This document shows positions 1-10,563 of a stretch of DNA of 64,000 nucleotides, piece after piece. Source of the stretch: an uncultured Methanosarcinaceae archaeon. Lineage in GTDB: Archaea; Halobacteriota; Methanosarcinia; Methanosarcinales; Methanosarcinaceae. The notes under the pieces were generated by a model that did not search any database, was not told where the DNA came from, and worked only from the letters and a program-made list of their open reading frames with translations. Made by a program: the position numbers and the translations under genes. The stretch is from contig CAWJYV010000008.1 of NCBI GenBank assembly GCA_963847185.1, forward strand, positions 544,001-608,000, written 5' to 3'. Position 1 is the stretch's first letter. Every line of letters starts with the position of its first letter.

Positions 1-67
1 CTTGATTACTGGCCCTCTGTATTCTTCAACCTTAATAATTTTCTTCTGGTTTTTCAAATTAATGTAT

Positions 68-1912
68 TCATCTGTTTCTAACTGTGATGTATTCAGATGT
101 GGTTTTAGTACTCGTACCTGCGGAATTTGTTGCCGTCAAGGTAACAGTATACCTTCCTGCTCTATTATAAATATGCGTTGGGTTACGTGTTGTTGAAGTA
201 GTACCATCCCCAAAGTCCCAAAGCCAGGAAGTAGCTGCACCACCAGTACTTCTATCAGTGAACATCACTCTCAAAGAGGCCCTTCCAGAAGTTGCAGATG
301 CAGAGAAAGCAGCAACCGGGGGTCTTAAAGGTGCTGCAATATCTAAATAACGGGTTCTTGTTGCCTTATTACTACCTACTTCGTTCTTTACTGTTAGCGT
401 CACAGTATATTTTCCTGGTCTGGTGTATGTGTGTGTTGCATTCTGCATTGTTGAAGTTGTCCCATCTCCAAAGTTCCAAAGCCAGGAAACTGGCGATCCA
501 GTGCTACTGTCAGTAAAGAACACTGATAATGGTGCTCCTCCTGATGTTACATTTGCTGTAAATGCAGCCTTTGGAGGTCTCAAAGTTTCAACAACTATAT
601 AATTAGATTTTCTTACTGTATTGCTACCTGCTGGATTAGCTACTGTCAATGTTACAGTGTAGATTCCTGCTTTGGTGTATGTGTGTGTGGCATTCATTGC
701 ATGCCTTGAATTAGTACCATCTCCAAAGTTCCAGATAAATGAAGTCGGTTCTCCAATGCTATTGTCAGTAAAGAATACTTTCAAGGGTGCTTTTCCTGAA
801 GTCACGTTTGCAGAAAACGCAGCAATCGGCTTTTGCAGATTTTTTACCCTAACATTTCCTGTAGTTATATTCTGGCCATCTTCATTGATTGCCGTAAGTG
901 TTACTGTATAATTTCCTGTTGCAGAGTAGGTATGCGTTGGATTTTGCTGGTATGAAGCAGCTCCGTCTCCAAAGTCCCAGTTCCATTCTGTTGCATTTTC
1001 GGATTGGTCTTTAAATTGAACAGTAAGTGGAGCATAACCTTCTGTAACGTTACTTTTGAATTTTGCAACAGGAAGTATTGGTGCTATCTCTGCAGTAACC
1101 AGAGGTAAGTAATCGCTGTTTACTTCGTCCAGATCGAAAGGTTCCTCTGCTATGCCATCTCCATTTATATCAGAATGAGTCTGGGAGAACCCGTCTCCTT
1201 CAGGCGTTGCCCAGTAGTTCCCACCTATATAAGGGCCATCTATTATGTTTTGACTTTCTGTTTTATCGAAAGCCCAGATATTCGAGAATTCAAGATCCTC
1301 CATTAAAAGCACGTTTTCTGTGTTATTGAAATAGTTGTTGTAAATTTTATTATTCCCAGTAGAGAGGTCTTTATACCCGCATTCTGTGTTAAAAATTATG
1401 TTGTTAGCTAGAATGGTATTATTGGAATTTTCACCATCAACATAGATTCCTACATTATTTTCAGTAATCGTATTGTTTTCAATAGACGTTGAATATGCAC
1501 TTATTAGGTTAATTCCAGCCTGATAATTCAATATTTTATTTCTCTTAATTACACAACCAGATCCCGGACTAAAAAGTGAGATGCCGTTTGAATTCTCGTC
1601 TGTGCCGCTTAATGTAAAGCCCCTGATGGTTATATTGGATACCCTGATAGTAATACCAGAACCCTGTATTATTGTATCTTCAGGATTTCCTGACAAGGAA
1701 ACAATTTCAATATCTGGTACATTAACTTCAATACTCTCATAATATGTTCCTGGATACACTACTATTGTATCATATGATGTCGCATTATTTGCCGCAGCCT
1801 GTATCGATTCCCCTTCATACACATAAAGTTCAGCTGCAGTACCAATTCCAGAACTAGCCATCAACATTAAAATGGCAGTTAATAAAACTCCACTTTTTTC
1901 GATTCCCTGCAT
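68..1912 (-). CDS. Cell-surface protein: signal peptide, NosD/right-handed beta-helix domain and four PKD domains
   Basis: 614 aa with a hydrophobic N-terminal signal, a GGNYW...GDGFS NosD-type motif and four WxFGDG...HTY...GxYTVTLT PKD repeats. Confidence 0.9.
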   Translation of the reverse strand: MQGIEKSGVLLTAILMLMASSGIGTAAELYVYEGESIQAAANNATSYDTIVVYPGTYYESIEVNVPDIEIVSLSGNPEDTIIQGSGITIRVSNITIRGFTLSGTDENSNGISLFSPGSGCVIKRNKILNYQAGINLISAYSTSIENNTITENNVGIYVDGENSNNTILANNIIFNTECGYKDLSTGNNKIYNNYFNNTENVLLMEDLEFSNIWAFDKTESQNIIDGPYIGGNYWATPEGDGFSQTHSDINGDGIAEEPFDLDEVNSDYLPLVTAEIAPILPVAKFKSNVTEGYAPLTVQFKDQSENATEWNWDFGDGAASYQQNPTHTYSATGNYTVTLTAINEDGQNITTGNVRVKNLQKPIAAFSANVTSGKAPLKVFFTDNSIGEPTSFIWNFGDGTNSRHAMNATHTYTKAGIYTVTLTVANPAGSNTVRKSNYIVVETLRPPKAAFTANVTSGGAPLSVFFTDSSTGSPVSWLWNFGDGTTSTMQNATHTYTRPGKYTVTLTVKNEVGSNKATRTRYLDIAAPLRPPVAAFSASATSGRASLRVMFTDRSTGGAATSWLWDFGDGTTSTTRNPTHIYNRAGRYTVTLTATNSAGTSTKTTSEYITVRNR

Positions 1913-2731
1913 AGAAACACGACCTGTAGTGTATTTTTTTATATGGTGAGTTATTTTAATTCAACTTTACTAATTTTTGATCAAGTTTCTTATTTATTGG
2001 TCACAATTTTTTCTATTTTGGAGAATACTTGATTTTATTTTGCAAACTTCATATTTATAAAATTAACATTCAACTTTATATTGAATCCTTGTATATATTA
2101 GTATCATAACATTTTTACATATATAAAAAAAAATTTTTAATTAAAATGTTCTTTTAATCGATTAATTGGGCTATGATATGTCTGCACTTTAACCGATCTC
2201 TAGCAGATGTCTTCAAAAAATATCATTTTCTTTGTTTCGTTTTTGGAGAATTATTCAAAATTCTGTAGTTATTATCTCAACTAAGCTTCGGAAAATAGGG
2301 GCTAGAAGTTTTCAATGACAGCAAAAGGTCGAAAGTTATGGGATCTTTCAAAAACACATGTTTGAGTACCAGGGAGTTTTTCAGAAAAAGGTGGCAGAAC
2401 AAATTGTAAAAATTGAAAGGGTGTCTGCAGAAAGTTGTTTTTAGTATCGTTAAGAACCTTGAGAACAAGAAATTAACATTTCAACATGAGTCTGCTTTTC
2501 TGAATATCAAAATTTCATATCAAAGAACAAATAAATAATTGGAAGAAACTGTTTTCTTATACCTTTTCTTTAACATCAAAATACGTGAGAATATCTTCCT
2601 CACGTACTCATGCCAAAGTAAAAAGAGCCTTAGGTGAGATTTTTCAAACATTACCATTATTGCTTTCTCTAACATCCCTAAAATCTAATCCTTACTGGGG
2701 ACGTACCAGCTCCTAAGCCACAAAGATCTTA

Positions 2732-3622
2732 TTACATGCTGAAAAGCAGATGTGGAAAATTTATATTCTTTTTCTGGAATCCGGCAGCATTCTTGTGACC
2801 TCCACCACCATATTGTTGAGCAATTTCGGCACAATCGGGTGAATCAGGATTCTCTGAATCGGATCTCAGGCTGAACACTATCATATTCTCTACAGCCTGC
2901 CACATAATGGCAATATCATATTCAGGCTTCTTGTAGATAAATTCTCCAAGCTCGGAGATATTTCCTGTAGTATTTACAAGTCTGGCTTTCTGGTTATGGA
3001 AAGTACAATTTACCCCGCGTTCGAAGGCTTTCTGAATTTTGTAATTTTGGGCTTCCAGGAGTAATTCACCGATAGATCTCATTTTATTTACAGTATCCTC
3101 GTATCCAGAACTAAGAAGTACATCCCATAAGGTATTATCAGGGGTCTTCACCATCAGATTAAAACCTGCATTGAAAGCCTTAGTCTCAGCGTATTCAAAT
3201 TTCCACATGTCCTTATCACCAATATAGGCAACAGCTGCAGGAGGTGGAACATATTCAGGGTGCGTGTACTCCCATGTAAGTACACAGGCTGCTTTTTCAA
3301 TGGATCTAATTCCTGGAATATTGCTCGAACTCCATAAGTTCGGAAATCTCTTCATGGCCGTTTTATGATGATCTATCCATATTAGTTTAGATCCACAAGC
3401 ATTTACAAATTCATCCATTCTATCGCTTACAAAATCAACAAGCCATACTTTCTCGGCTGTTGCTATTTCTTCCTCATTCCACGACTCTTTTTCATAATTT
3501 ACAGCAACAAACCTTATTACAAATTCATTCCGATCATAGTAATTTCCAGCGACAGCAGCTGAACAGCATCCGTCATTGTCGTCATGGTAATAAATCAAAA
3601 TAGTGCGTTTATCATCTGTCAT
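2732..3622 (-). CDS. DHH/DHHA1-family phosphoesterase
   Basis: HDDNDG, WIDHH and C-terminal GGGGHKNAAG motifs. Confidence 0.88.
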   Translation of the reverse strand: MTDDKRTILIYYHDDNDGCCSAAVAGNYYDRNEFVIRFVAVNYEKESWNEEEIATAEKVWLVDFVSDRMDEFVNACGSKLIWIDHHKTAMKRFPNLWSSSNIPGIRSIEKAACVLTWEYTHPEYVPPPAAVAYIGDKDMWKFEYAETKAFNAGFNLMVKTPDNTLWDVLLSSGYEDTVNKMRSIGELLLEAQNYKIQKAFERGVNCTFHNQKARLVNTTGNISELGEFIYKKPEYDIAIMWQAVENMIVFSLRSDSENPDSPDCAEIAQQYGGGGHKNAAGFQKKNINFPHLLFSM

Positions 3623-3705
3623 TTCTTATTCCCTCTTGTTTTAGAATCTCTTATCAATTCTAGCATGTTTTCTGCTGCACATTTCACTCCTGATAATTAT
3701 TTGCT

Positions 3706-3761
3706 AACCATGCTCTTCCAACCATGCTCTTCCAACCATGCTCTTCCAACCATGCTTTTCC
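3706..3761. repeat. Tandem repeat, 14-bp unit AACCATGCTCTTCC x4
   Basis: Three perfect copies and one with a single mismatch, read directly. Confidence 0.95.
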
Positions 3762-3989
3762 AGGGACTCCATAGAATTTACAAGTTTCATTAGGACAGAA
3801 AACATTAGTTGAATTTTGGTCCCGCACCTCGTTTTTCCATTGTATGAGTATATATTAGTCACATTATATAATTTCAACTAAATGTAATGGGGGCACCGAT
3901 ACATACGATTTGTATTTTAAAAAATAAGAGTTTGGGCTTTTTTGAGTATTATTTTAAAATACAGTAATCTTGAATACATCGGATTGATG

Positions 3990-4037
3990 GAAAAACTTAA
4001 ATACAATTACCTAGTACATCGGTTACCGTCTTCCTTC
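3990..4037 (+). promoter_or_regulatory. Upstream copy of the nifH promoter (TATA plus half operator)
   Basis: GAAAAACTTAAATA...TAGTACATCGGTTACCGTCTTCC closely matches the proximal nifH promoter, with the same 21-bp TATA-to-ACC spacing. Confidence 0.55.
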
Positions 4038-4191
4038 CATTAGCAATGAGGTAATAGGAAAACAATATCAAGAGCTCGTACAGATCTCTAAGATGCAAAT
4101 TTAGGTGTTGGATTTTAAAAACGAATTGTCAACCAGTTCTTTTCAAGGCATCAAAGCAAAAAAGAGCCCATAGATATGGGTTTTATGTCAA

Positions 4192-4241
4192 CAGAAAGTT
4201 ATAAATACTATAAAATAGTACAACGGTTACCGGCTTCCGGT
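4192..4241 (+). promoter_or_regulatory. nifH promoter (BRE/TATA) with NrpR-type operator ACC-GGCTTCC-GGT
   Basis: CAGAAAGTTATAAATA at 4192-4207 and ACCGGCTTCCGGT at 4229-4241, matching the ACC-N7-GGT nitrogen operator known from Methanosarcina. Confidence 0.8.
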
Positions 4242-4250
4242 AGCCAATAA

Positions 4251-5099
<849 letters not shown>

Positions 5100-5116
5100 T
5101 TAGAGACCCAGAGGAG

Positions 5117-5443
5117 ATGAAAACAATGCAAATGATACGTGCAATCATCAGGCCAGGTATGGAATCTAAAGTTGTCGAGAGCCTGGAAAAAGAGGGCTGT
5201 ATTTCCCTTACAAAAATGGAAGTCTTCGGAAGGGGGAAGCAAAAAGGAATCCATATTGCAGACATCCACTACGACGAACTTCAGAAGACTATGCTTCTGA
5301 TGGTGGTCGAAGATGAACATAAAGACAAAGTCATACAGACCATAATGGAAGCTGCCAGGACCGGGAAGTATGGGGATGGAAGAATCTTCGTAAACCCCAT
5401 TGAAGAAGCTTACACCATAAGGACTGGAAAAGCCGGACTTTAA
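5117..5443 (+). CDS. nifI1: PII-family nitrogenase regulator NifI1
   Basis: GRGKQKG and GDGRIFV PII motifs; located between nifH and nifD. Confidence 0.95.
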   Translation: MKTMQMIRAIIRPGMESKVVESLEKEGCISLTKMEVFGRGKQKGIHIADIHYDELQKTMLLMVVEDEHKDKVIQTIMEAARTGKYGDGRIFVNPIEEAYTIRTGKAGL

Positions 5444-5469
5444 AACCGACTTTTCGGAGGAAAATCCCC

Positions 5470-5847
5470 ATGAAAGAAATTACGGCAATAATCAGGATGA
5501 ACAAGGTCCAGAAAACCAAGGATGCCCTGCTGGAATGCGGCTTTCCCTCATTTACCGTAAGAAGGGTGATGGGCCGCGGAAAGCAAAAAGGGCTCTGCTT
5601 TGAGTTTAACCCGCCCCTTCCTGACCCGGAAAAGGAAGCTGAGACCTGCATCCATTTCATTCCGAAACGCATGTTTACCATCGTGGTGGACGATTCAAGT
5701 GTAAATGAAGTGGTCCAGAAAATCATTGAGGTAAACCAGACCGGACATGTAGGAGACGGAAAAATATTCGTGTCAAACATCATCGAAGCGTTCCGAATTC
5801 GAACCGGAGAGAATGGAGAGACGACCGTTAACAGGGAGTTGATGTAA
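5470..5847 (+). CDS. nifI2: PII-family nitrogenase regulator NifI2
   Basis: GRGKQKG and GDGKIFV motifs; second PII gene of the nif operon. Confidence 0.95.
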   Translation: MKEITAIIRMNKVQKTKDALLECGFPSFTVRRVMGRGKQKGLCFEFNPPLPDPEKEAETCIHFIPKRMFTIVVDDSSVNEVVQKIIEVNQTGHVGDGKIFVSNIIEAFRIRTGENGETTVNRELM

Positions 5848-7445
5848 TGGGAGCCGAGATAGGTTCTGGAATTGCGGACAAACAAAAGCTTGTCGATGAC
5901 ATGCTGAAAGTTCTCCCAGAAAAGGCTGCAAGGAACAGGAGAAAACACATTGTTGTAAGGGACTGTTCCACCGAACAGCACATCGACGCCGATGATAAAG
6001 TAATCCCTGGTATTATCACGAACCGTGGATGTGCCTTTGCAGGTTCGAAAGGTGTGGTTTTCGGGCCGATCAAAGACATGGTACACCTTGTCCACGGCCC
6101 GATAGGCTGTGCCTACTTCACCTGGGGAACCAGGCGAAACTATGCAAAAGCAGAGGAAGGCGGAGACAACTTCATGAACTATTGCGTATGCACGGACATG
6201 AAGGAAACCGATATCGTCTTTGGAGGAGAAAAGAAGCTCAAGAAAGCCATTGATGAGGTTATGAAGATCTTCAAACCGGAAGCAATCAGCATCTCTGCCA
6301 CCTGCCCTGTAGGGCTGATCGGAGACGACATCGAAGCTGTTGCCAAGGAAGCCGAAAAAGAGTATGGGATCAAGATCATCCCTTCAAGGTGTGAAGGATA
6401 CAGAGGAGTCAGTCAGTCGGCAGGCCACCACATTGCCAGCAACGCCCTGATGGAAAATCTGATAGGAACCGAAGAACTTGAGAATCCCACTCCCTTTGAC
6501 ATCAATATCTTCGGAGAGTACAACATAGGAGGAGACCTCTGGGAAATTAAGCCGATCCTTGAAAAAATCGGGTACAGGATTGTCTCAACCTTCACAGGAG
6601 ACGGTTCATTCCATAAACTTGCACAGGCACACAAAGCAAAGCTTAGCATCCTACTCTGCCACCGTTCCATCAACTACACGAACCGGATGATGGAAGAAAA
6701 ATATGGGATTCCCTGGTTGAAGGTCAACTACGTTGGTACTAAAGGTACCACTAAATCTCTCCAGAAAATGGCAGAGTTCTTTGACGATCCCGAAATTACC
6801 AGGAAAACCGAAGAAATCATTGCCGAAGAAAAAGCGAAGTATGAGGCTGAAATCGAGAGGTACAGAAAGAAACTCAAGGGAAAAACCGCCTTCATCTATT
6901 CAGGAGGTTCCAGGAGCCACCACTATATGAACCTCTTTGAAGAGCTCGGCATGAAAGTAGTTGTTGCAGGCTATCAGTTTGCCCACAGAGATGACTACGA
7001 GGGCAGGCAGATCATCCCTCAGATAAAGGAAGGAGCTTTAAGTTCCATCCTTGAGGACGTACACTACGAACGAGATGAAAATATCGAGCCTGCTGTCAGC
7101 CCGGAAAGGATTGAAGAGCTTAAAAAGAAAATCGGGCTCATGGACTATGAAGGACTTTTCCCGGAAATAAAGGACGGAACCATTGTTATCGACGATCTTA
7201 ACCATCATGAAACCGAAGCCCTTGTAAAAGCCCTTAAACCCGATATCTTCTGCTCTGGGATCAAGGATAAGTACTGGGCCCAGAAGCTTGGGATCCCCTC
7301 AAGACAGATCCATTCCTACGACTACAGTGGACGCTACACTGGCTTTTCCGGAGTCCTGAACTTCGCACGGGATATGGACATGGCCCTGCACAGCCCCACT
7401 TGGAAGTTCATACGCCCGCCATGGAAAGGAGAAGGAGTAGAGTAA
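5847..7445 (+). CDS. nifD: Mo-nitrogenase MoFe protein alpha chain
   Basis: RGCAFAG, HGPIGC, LCHRS (FeMo-co Cys) and HSYDY (FeMo-co His); has the ~50-aa insertion typical of group II NifD. Confidence 0.97.
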   Translation: MGAEIGSGIADKQKLVDDMLKVLPEKAARNRRKHIVVRDCSTEQHIDADDKVIPGIITNRGCAFAGSKGVVFGPIKDMVHLVHGPIGCAYFTWGTRRNYAKAEEGGDNFMNYCVCTDMKETDIVFGGEKKLKKAIDEVMKIFKPEAISISATCPVGLIGDDIEAVAKEAEKEYGIKIIPSRCEGYRGVSQSAGHHIASNALMENLIGTEELENPTPFDINIFGEYNIGGDLWEIKPILEKIGYRIVSTFTGDGSFHKLAQAHKAKLSILLCHRSINYTNRMMEEKYGIPWLKVNYVGTKGTTKSLQKMAEFFDDPEITRKTEEIIAEEKAKYEAEIERYRKKLKGKTAFIYSGGSRSHHYMNLFEELGMKVVVAGYQFAHRDDYEGRQIIPQIKEGALSSILEDVHYERDENIEPAVSPERIEELKKKIGLMDYEGLFPEIKDGTIVIDDLNHHETEALVKALKPDIFCSGIKDKYWAQKLGIPSRQIHSYDYSGRYTGFSGVLNFARDMDMALHSPTWKFIRPPWKGEGVE

Positions 7446-7458
7446 GGAGGGACAAAAG

Positions 7459-8829
7459 ATGTTAGATTACACCTCATGTGAAGAAGTAACCAGAGAAGCA
7501 GTAACCATTAACCCTGCAAAAATCTGCCAGCCAATAGGTGCAGTCTATGCAGCTCTTGGCGTACACAACTGCATGCCGCACAGCCACGGTTCACAGGGCT
7601 GCCTCTCATACCTGCGCATGTGCTTGAGCAGGCACTACCGAGAAAACTCCGTTGGAACTACCAGCAGTTTCTCAGAAGGAACTGCAGTCTTCGGAGGTGC
7701 AGCAAACCTTAAGGAAGCCCTCGGAAACCTGACCGCAATCTACAGGCCCGATGTAATCGCAATTCACACCACCTGCGTAGCCGAAACCATAGGCGACGAC
7801 GTAGGGGTCATTGTAGAAGATATCAGAGCTGAAGAGCTCATAGACCCGTCGATCAAGATATGTGCAGCTTCCACGCCGAGTTATGTAGGCACCCACATTA
7901 CTGGCTATGACAATATGGTGAAGTCTTTTGTAACCACCTTTGCCAAAAAAAGCAAGCCAAACGGGAAACTCAATATCATCCCAGGCTTTGTGGAACCTGC
8001 CGACATCCGGGAAATCAAACGTATACTCTCAATAATGGGAATCTCCAGCATCGTCTTTCCGGACACGACTGATGTCTTTGATGCGCCCCTAACCGGAGAA
8101 CACAATATATACCCGAAAGGCGGGACTCCAATAGGGGACATAGAAGATTCCGCAAACTCCCTTGGGACAATCGCTCTCTGCAGGATGGCAGGAGGTTCTG
8201 CCGCAAAGATTCTGGAAAGCCGCTACAAAGTCCCTGCAAAAATAGGGCCTACCCCCATAGGAATCCGGAACACCGACCGTTTCATCATGAATGCAGCAAA
8301 GCTTGCCAGCGTGGCAATTCCTCCAGAACTTGAAGATGAGAGGGGAAGGCTTGTGGACATGATGACTGATGCCCACCCACACTACCATGGAAAGAAGGTA
8401 GCCATTTACGGCGATCCGGACATCATTGGAGGCCTTACCAGTCTCATACTGGAAATGGGCATGGAACCAAGTGTGGTGCTCACCGGCACTCAAAACCTGG
8501 AATTTGAGAAAGAAATGGGAGAACTCATAGGTTCGGAATATCCTGAAGCCGATGTGATCGCTGGAGGAGACCTCTTCATGCTTCACCAGATGATCAAGAG
8601 AAAACCCGTGGACCTCCTTATCGGAAACACATACGGGAAATTCATAGCAAGGGCAGAGGACGTACCTCTTATCAGGGTAGGCTTTCCGATTATGGACCGC
8701 GCAAACCTGCACTACTTCCCGATCATGGGATACGCAGGCACTGCAAGACTGGTGGAACGCATAGGAAACACCCTGCTTGATAGGAAAGACAGAGATGCAC
8801 CCGACTGGCTGCTTGAAACCATCCAGTAA
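7459..8829 (+). CDS. nifK: Nitrogenase MoFe protein beta chain
   Basis: NPAKICQPIGA, HGSQGC and TTCVAETIGDD motifs. Confidence 0.97.
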   Translation: MLDYTSCEEVTREAVTINPAKICQPIGAVYAALGVHNCMPHSHGSQGCLSYLRMCLSRHYRENSVGTTSSFSEGTAVFGGAANLKEALGNLTAIYRPDVIAIHTTCVAETIGDDVGVIVEDIRAEELIDPSIKICAASTPSYVGTHITGYDNMVKSFVTTFAKKSKPNGKLNIIPGFVEPADIREIKRILSIMGISSIVFPDTTDVFDAPLTGEHNIYPKGGTPIGDIEDSANSLGTIALCRMAGGSAAKILESRYKVPAKIGPTPIGIRNTDRFIMNAAKLASVAIPPELEDERGRLVDMMTDAHPHYHGKKVAIYGDPDIIGGLTSLILEMGMEPSVVLTGTQNLEFEKEMGELIGSEYPEADVIAGGDLFMLHQMIKRKPVDLLIGNTYGKFIARAEDVPLIRVGFPIMDRANLHYFPIMGYAGTARLVERIGNTLLDRKDRDAPDWLLETIQ

Positions 8830-8970
8830 GGAGCCTGATATCAAGATAATAATTCCATAAGGAAAATGAAAAGCTGAAATCAAGAGATTAAAGCTGAGAA
8901 GTCAAAACGGGAAAAGTGGAAAATCACCGCTGCAATTCTGAAAAATAGAAGCAGAGGGGAGTGAAAAGAA

Positions 8971-10551
8971 ATGGAAGAGAAAACCGGGATAGTGGATACT
9001 CTCGAAGAAAGGCAGCCATATATTGCCAGAAAGCAGGAGAAGGGGGAGATAATACCCCTTGCCTGTGACAACAATTCTCTGGCAGGAGCCATCAGCCAGC
9101 GAGCCTGTGTCTACTCAGGAGCAAGAGTCGTCTTAAACCCAGTAACTGATGCAGTTCACCTGGTCCACGGCCCAATAGGCTGTGCAGGCTATACCTGGGA
9201 TATAAGGGGCGCAAAGTCAAGAGGTGTTGAAACGAACCGCAGCAGTTTCAGCACGGATATGAAGGAGATCGATGTGGTCTTCGGGGGAGAGAAAAAGCTC
9301 TCAAATGCCATTGACGAGCTGGTGGGGCTCTACCACCCCCCGGTCATTTTCGTATATTCTACATGTATAGTGGGAATTATCGGAGATGACCTGGAAGCTG
9401 TATGCAAGACAGCAAGCCAGAAACACAATATCCCGGTGCTTCCTGTAAAGTCAGAAGGTTTCAAAGGCAACAAATCCGATGGATATAAAGCAGCGTGTGA
9501 TGCCTTAAAAAAGTTGATCAAAAGACCTTTGGGAGAAAAAGACGTTCCAGAAAAGAAACCCGGGCTAAACCCTGAAGTCAGAAAACCGAAAATCAATATC
9601 CTTGGGGACTTCAATGTTGCAGGCGATGTCTGGCTTGTAAAACCTCTCTTTGAGCAAATGGGAATTGAGGTCATAGTCTCCATGACCGGAGACTCAACTG
9701 CAAAATCCATATCAAGAGCAGCGGAAGCTGAACTTAACCTTGTTCAGTGCAGCGGGTCCATGACCTATCTTGCAAAATGGATGCAGAAAGAGTATGGGAT
9801 TCCGTATATATCTGCGAGTTTCTTCGGAATAGAAGATATATCCCTGGCTCTGCGGAGGACTGCGGAATACTTTGGCTCGGAAGAGATGAAAAAGAAAGCA
9901 GAAGAAATCCTGAAAACCGAAACGAACCGTATAATGCCTGAAATCTCAAGAGTTCGGGAGAGAGTCAAAGGGAAAAAAGCTGCCATCTATATGGGAGGCC
10001 CTGCAAAAGCTCTTACGCTTATCAAAGGATTTGCAGAACTCGGAATGGAAGTAGTTATCATAGGAACCCAGACCGGGAAAAAAGAAGACTACGAGCAGAT
10101 CAGTTATTCTGTCAGGGACGGAACGGTCATTGTAGACGACGCAAATCCCCTGGAACTTGCTGAACTGCTGATTAAACAGAAAGCTGACCTGATGGTTGCA
10201 GGCGTAAAGGAGAGATTTATCGCATACAAGCTTGGTGTTGCTTTCTGCGATTTCAACCACGACAGAGTGGTGGAGTTCGAAGGCTTTGACGGCTTTGTGA
10301 ACTTCGCTAGGGAAGTGGATGCCTCTATTAACAGTCCGGTCTGGAAAGCTGTAAGGCAGAGAATTCTGAGACCCGAAGCTGTAGAATCAGAGAACATGGC
10401 ATCAGAAGAAAAGCCTTTAAAAGCAGCAGCAAAAGAAAAGCTCTCCGAAGAATCGTGTAAAAAAGAATATGAAAACATGGTTAAAGGTATGATCCTGAGA
10501 CCGGAATTTTTGCAACCCAAATCAGATACTCCAGTTGAGAGTCAGGTGTGA
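8971..10551 (+). CDS. nifE: FeMo-cofactor scaffold NifE
   Basis: RACVYSGA, HGPIGC and TCIVGIIGDD motifs; NifD paralogue located after nifK. Confidence 0.95.
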   Translation: MEEKTGIVDTLEERQPYIARKQEKGEIIPLACDNNSLAGAISQRACVYSGARVVLNPVTDAVHLVHGPIGCAGYTWDIRGAKSRGVETNRSSFSTDMKEIDVVFGGEKKLSNAIDELVGLYHPPVIFVYSTCIVGIIGDDLEAVCKTASQKHNIPVLPVKSEGFKGNKSDGYKAACDALKKLIKRPLGEKDVPEKKPGLNPEVRKPKINILGDFNVAGDVWLVKPLFEQMGIEVIVSMTGDSTAKSISRAAEAELNLVQCSGSMTYLAKWMQKEYGIPYISASFFGIEDISLALRRTAEYFGSEEMKKKAEEILKTETNRIMPEISRVRERVKGKKAAIYMGGPAKALTLIKGFAELGMEVVIIGTQTGKKEDYEQISYSVRDGTVIVDDANPLELAELLIKQKADLMVAGVKERFIAYKLGVAFCDFNHDRVVEFEGFDGFVNFAREVDASINSPVWKAVRQRILRPEAVESENMASEEKPLKAAAKEKLSEESCKKEYENMVKGMILRPEFLQPKSDTPVESQV

Positions 10552-10563
10552 GGAGGCGCTGAA

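Noticed and set aside
2277-2468. 63-aa ORF or IS remnant (AGGGTGTCTGCAG end-like motif)
   Set aside because: No partner inverted repeat, target duplication or transposase similarity was seen.
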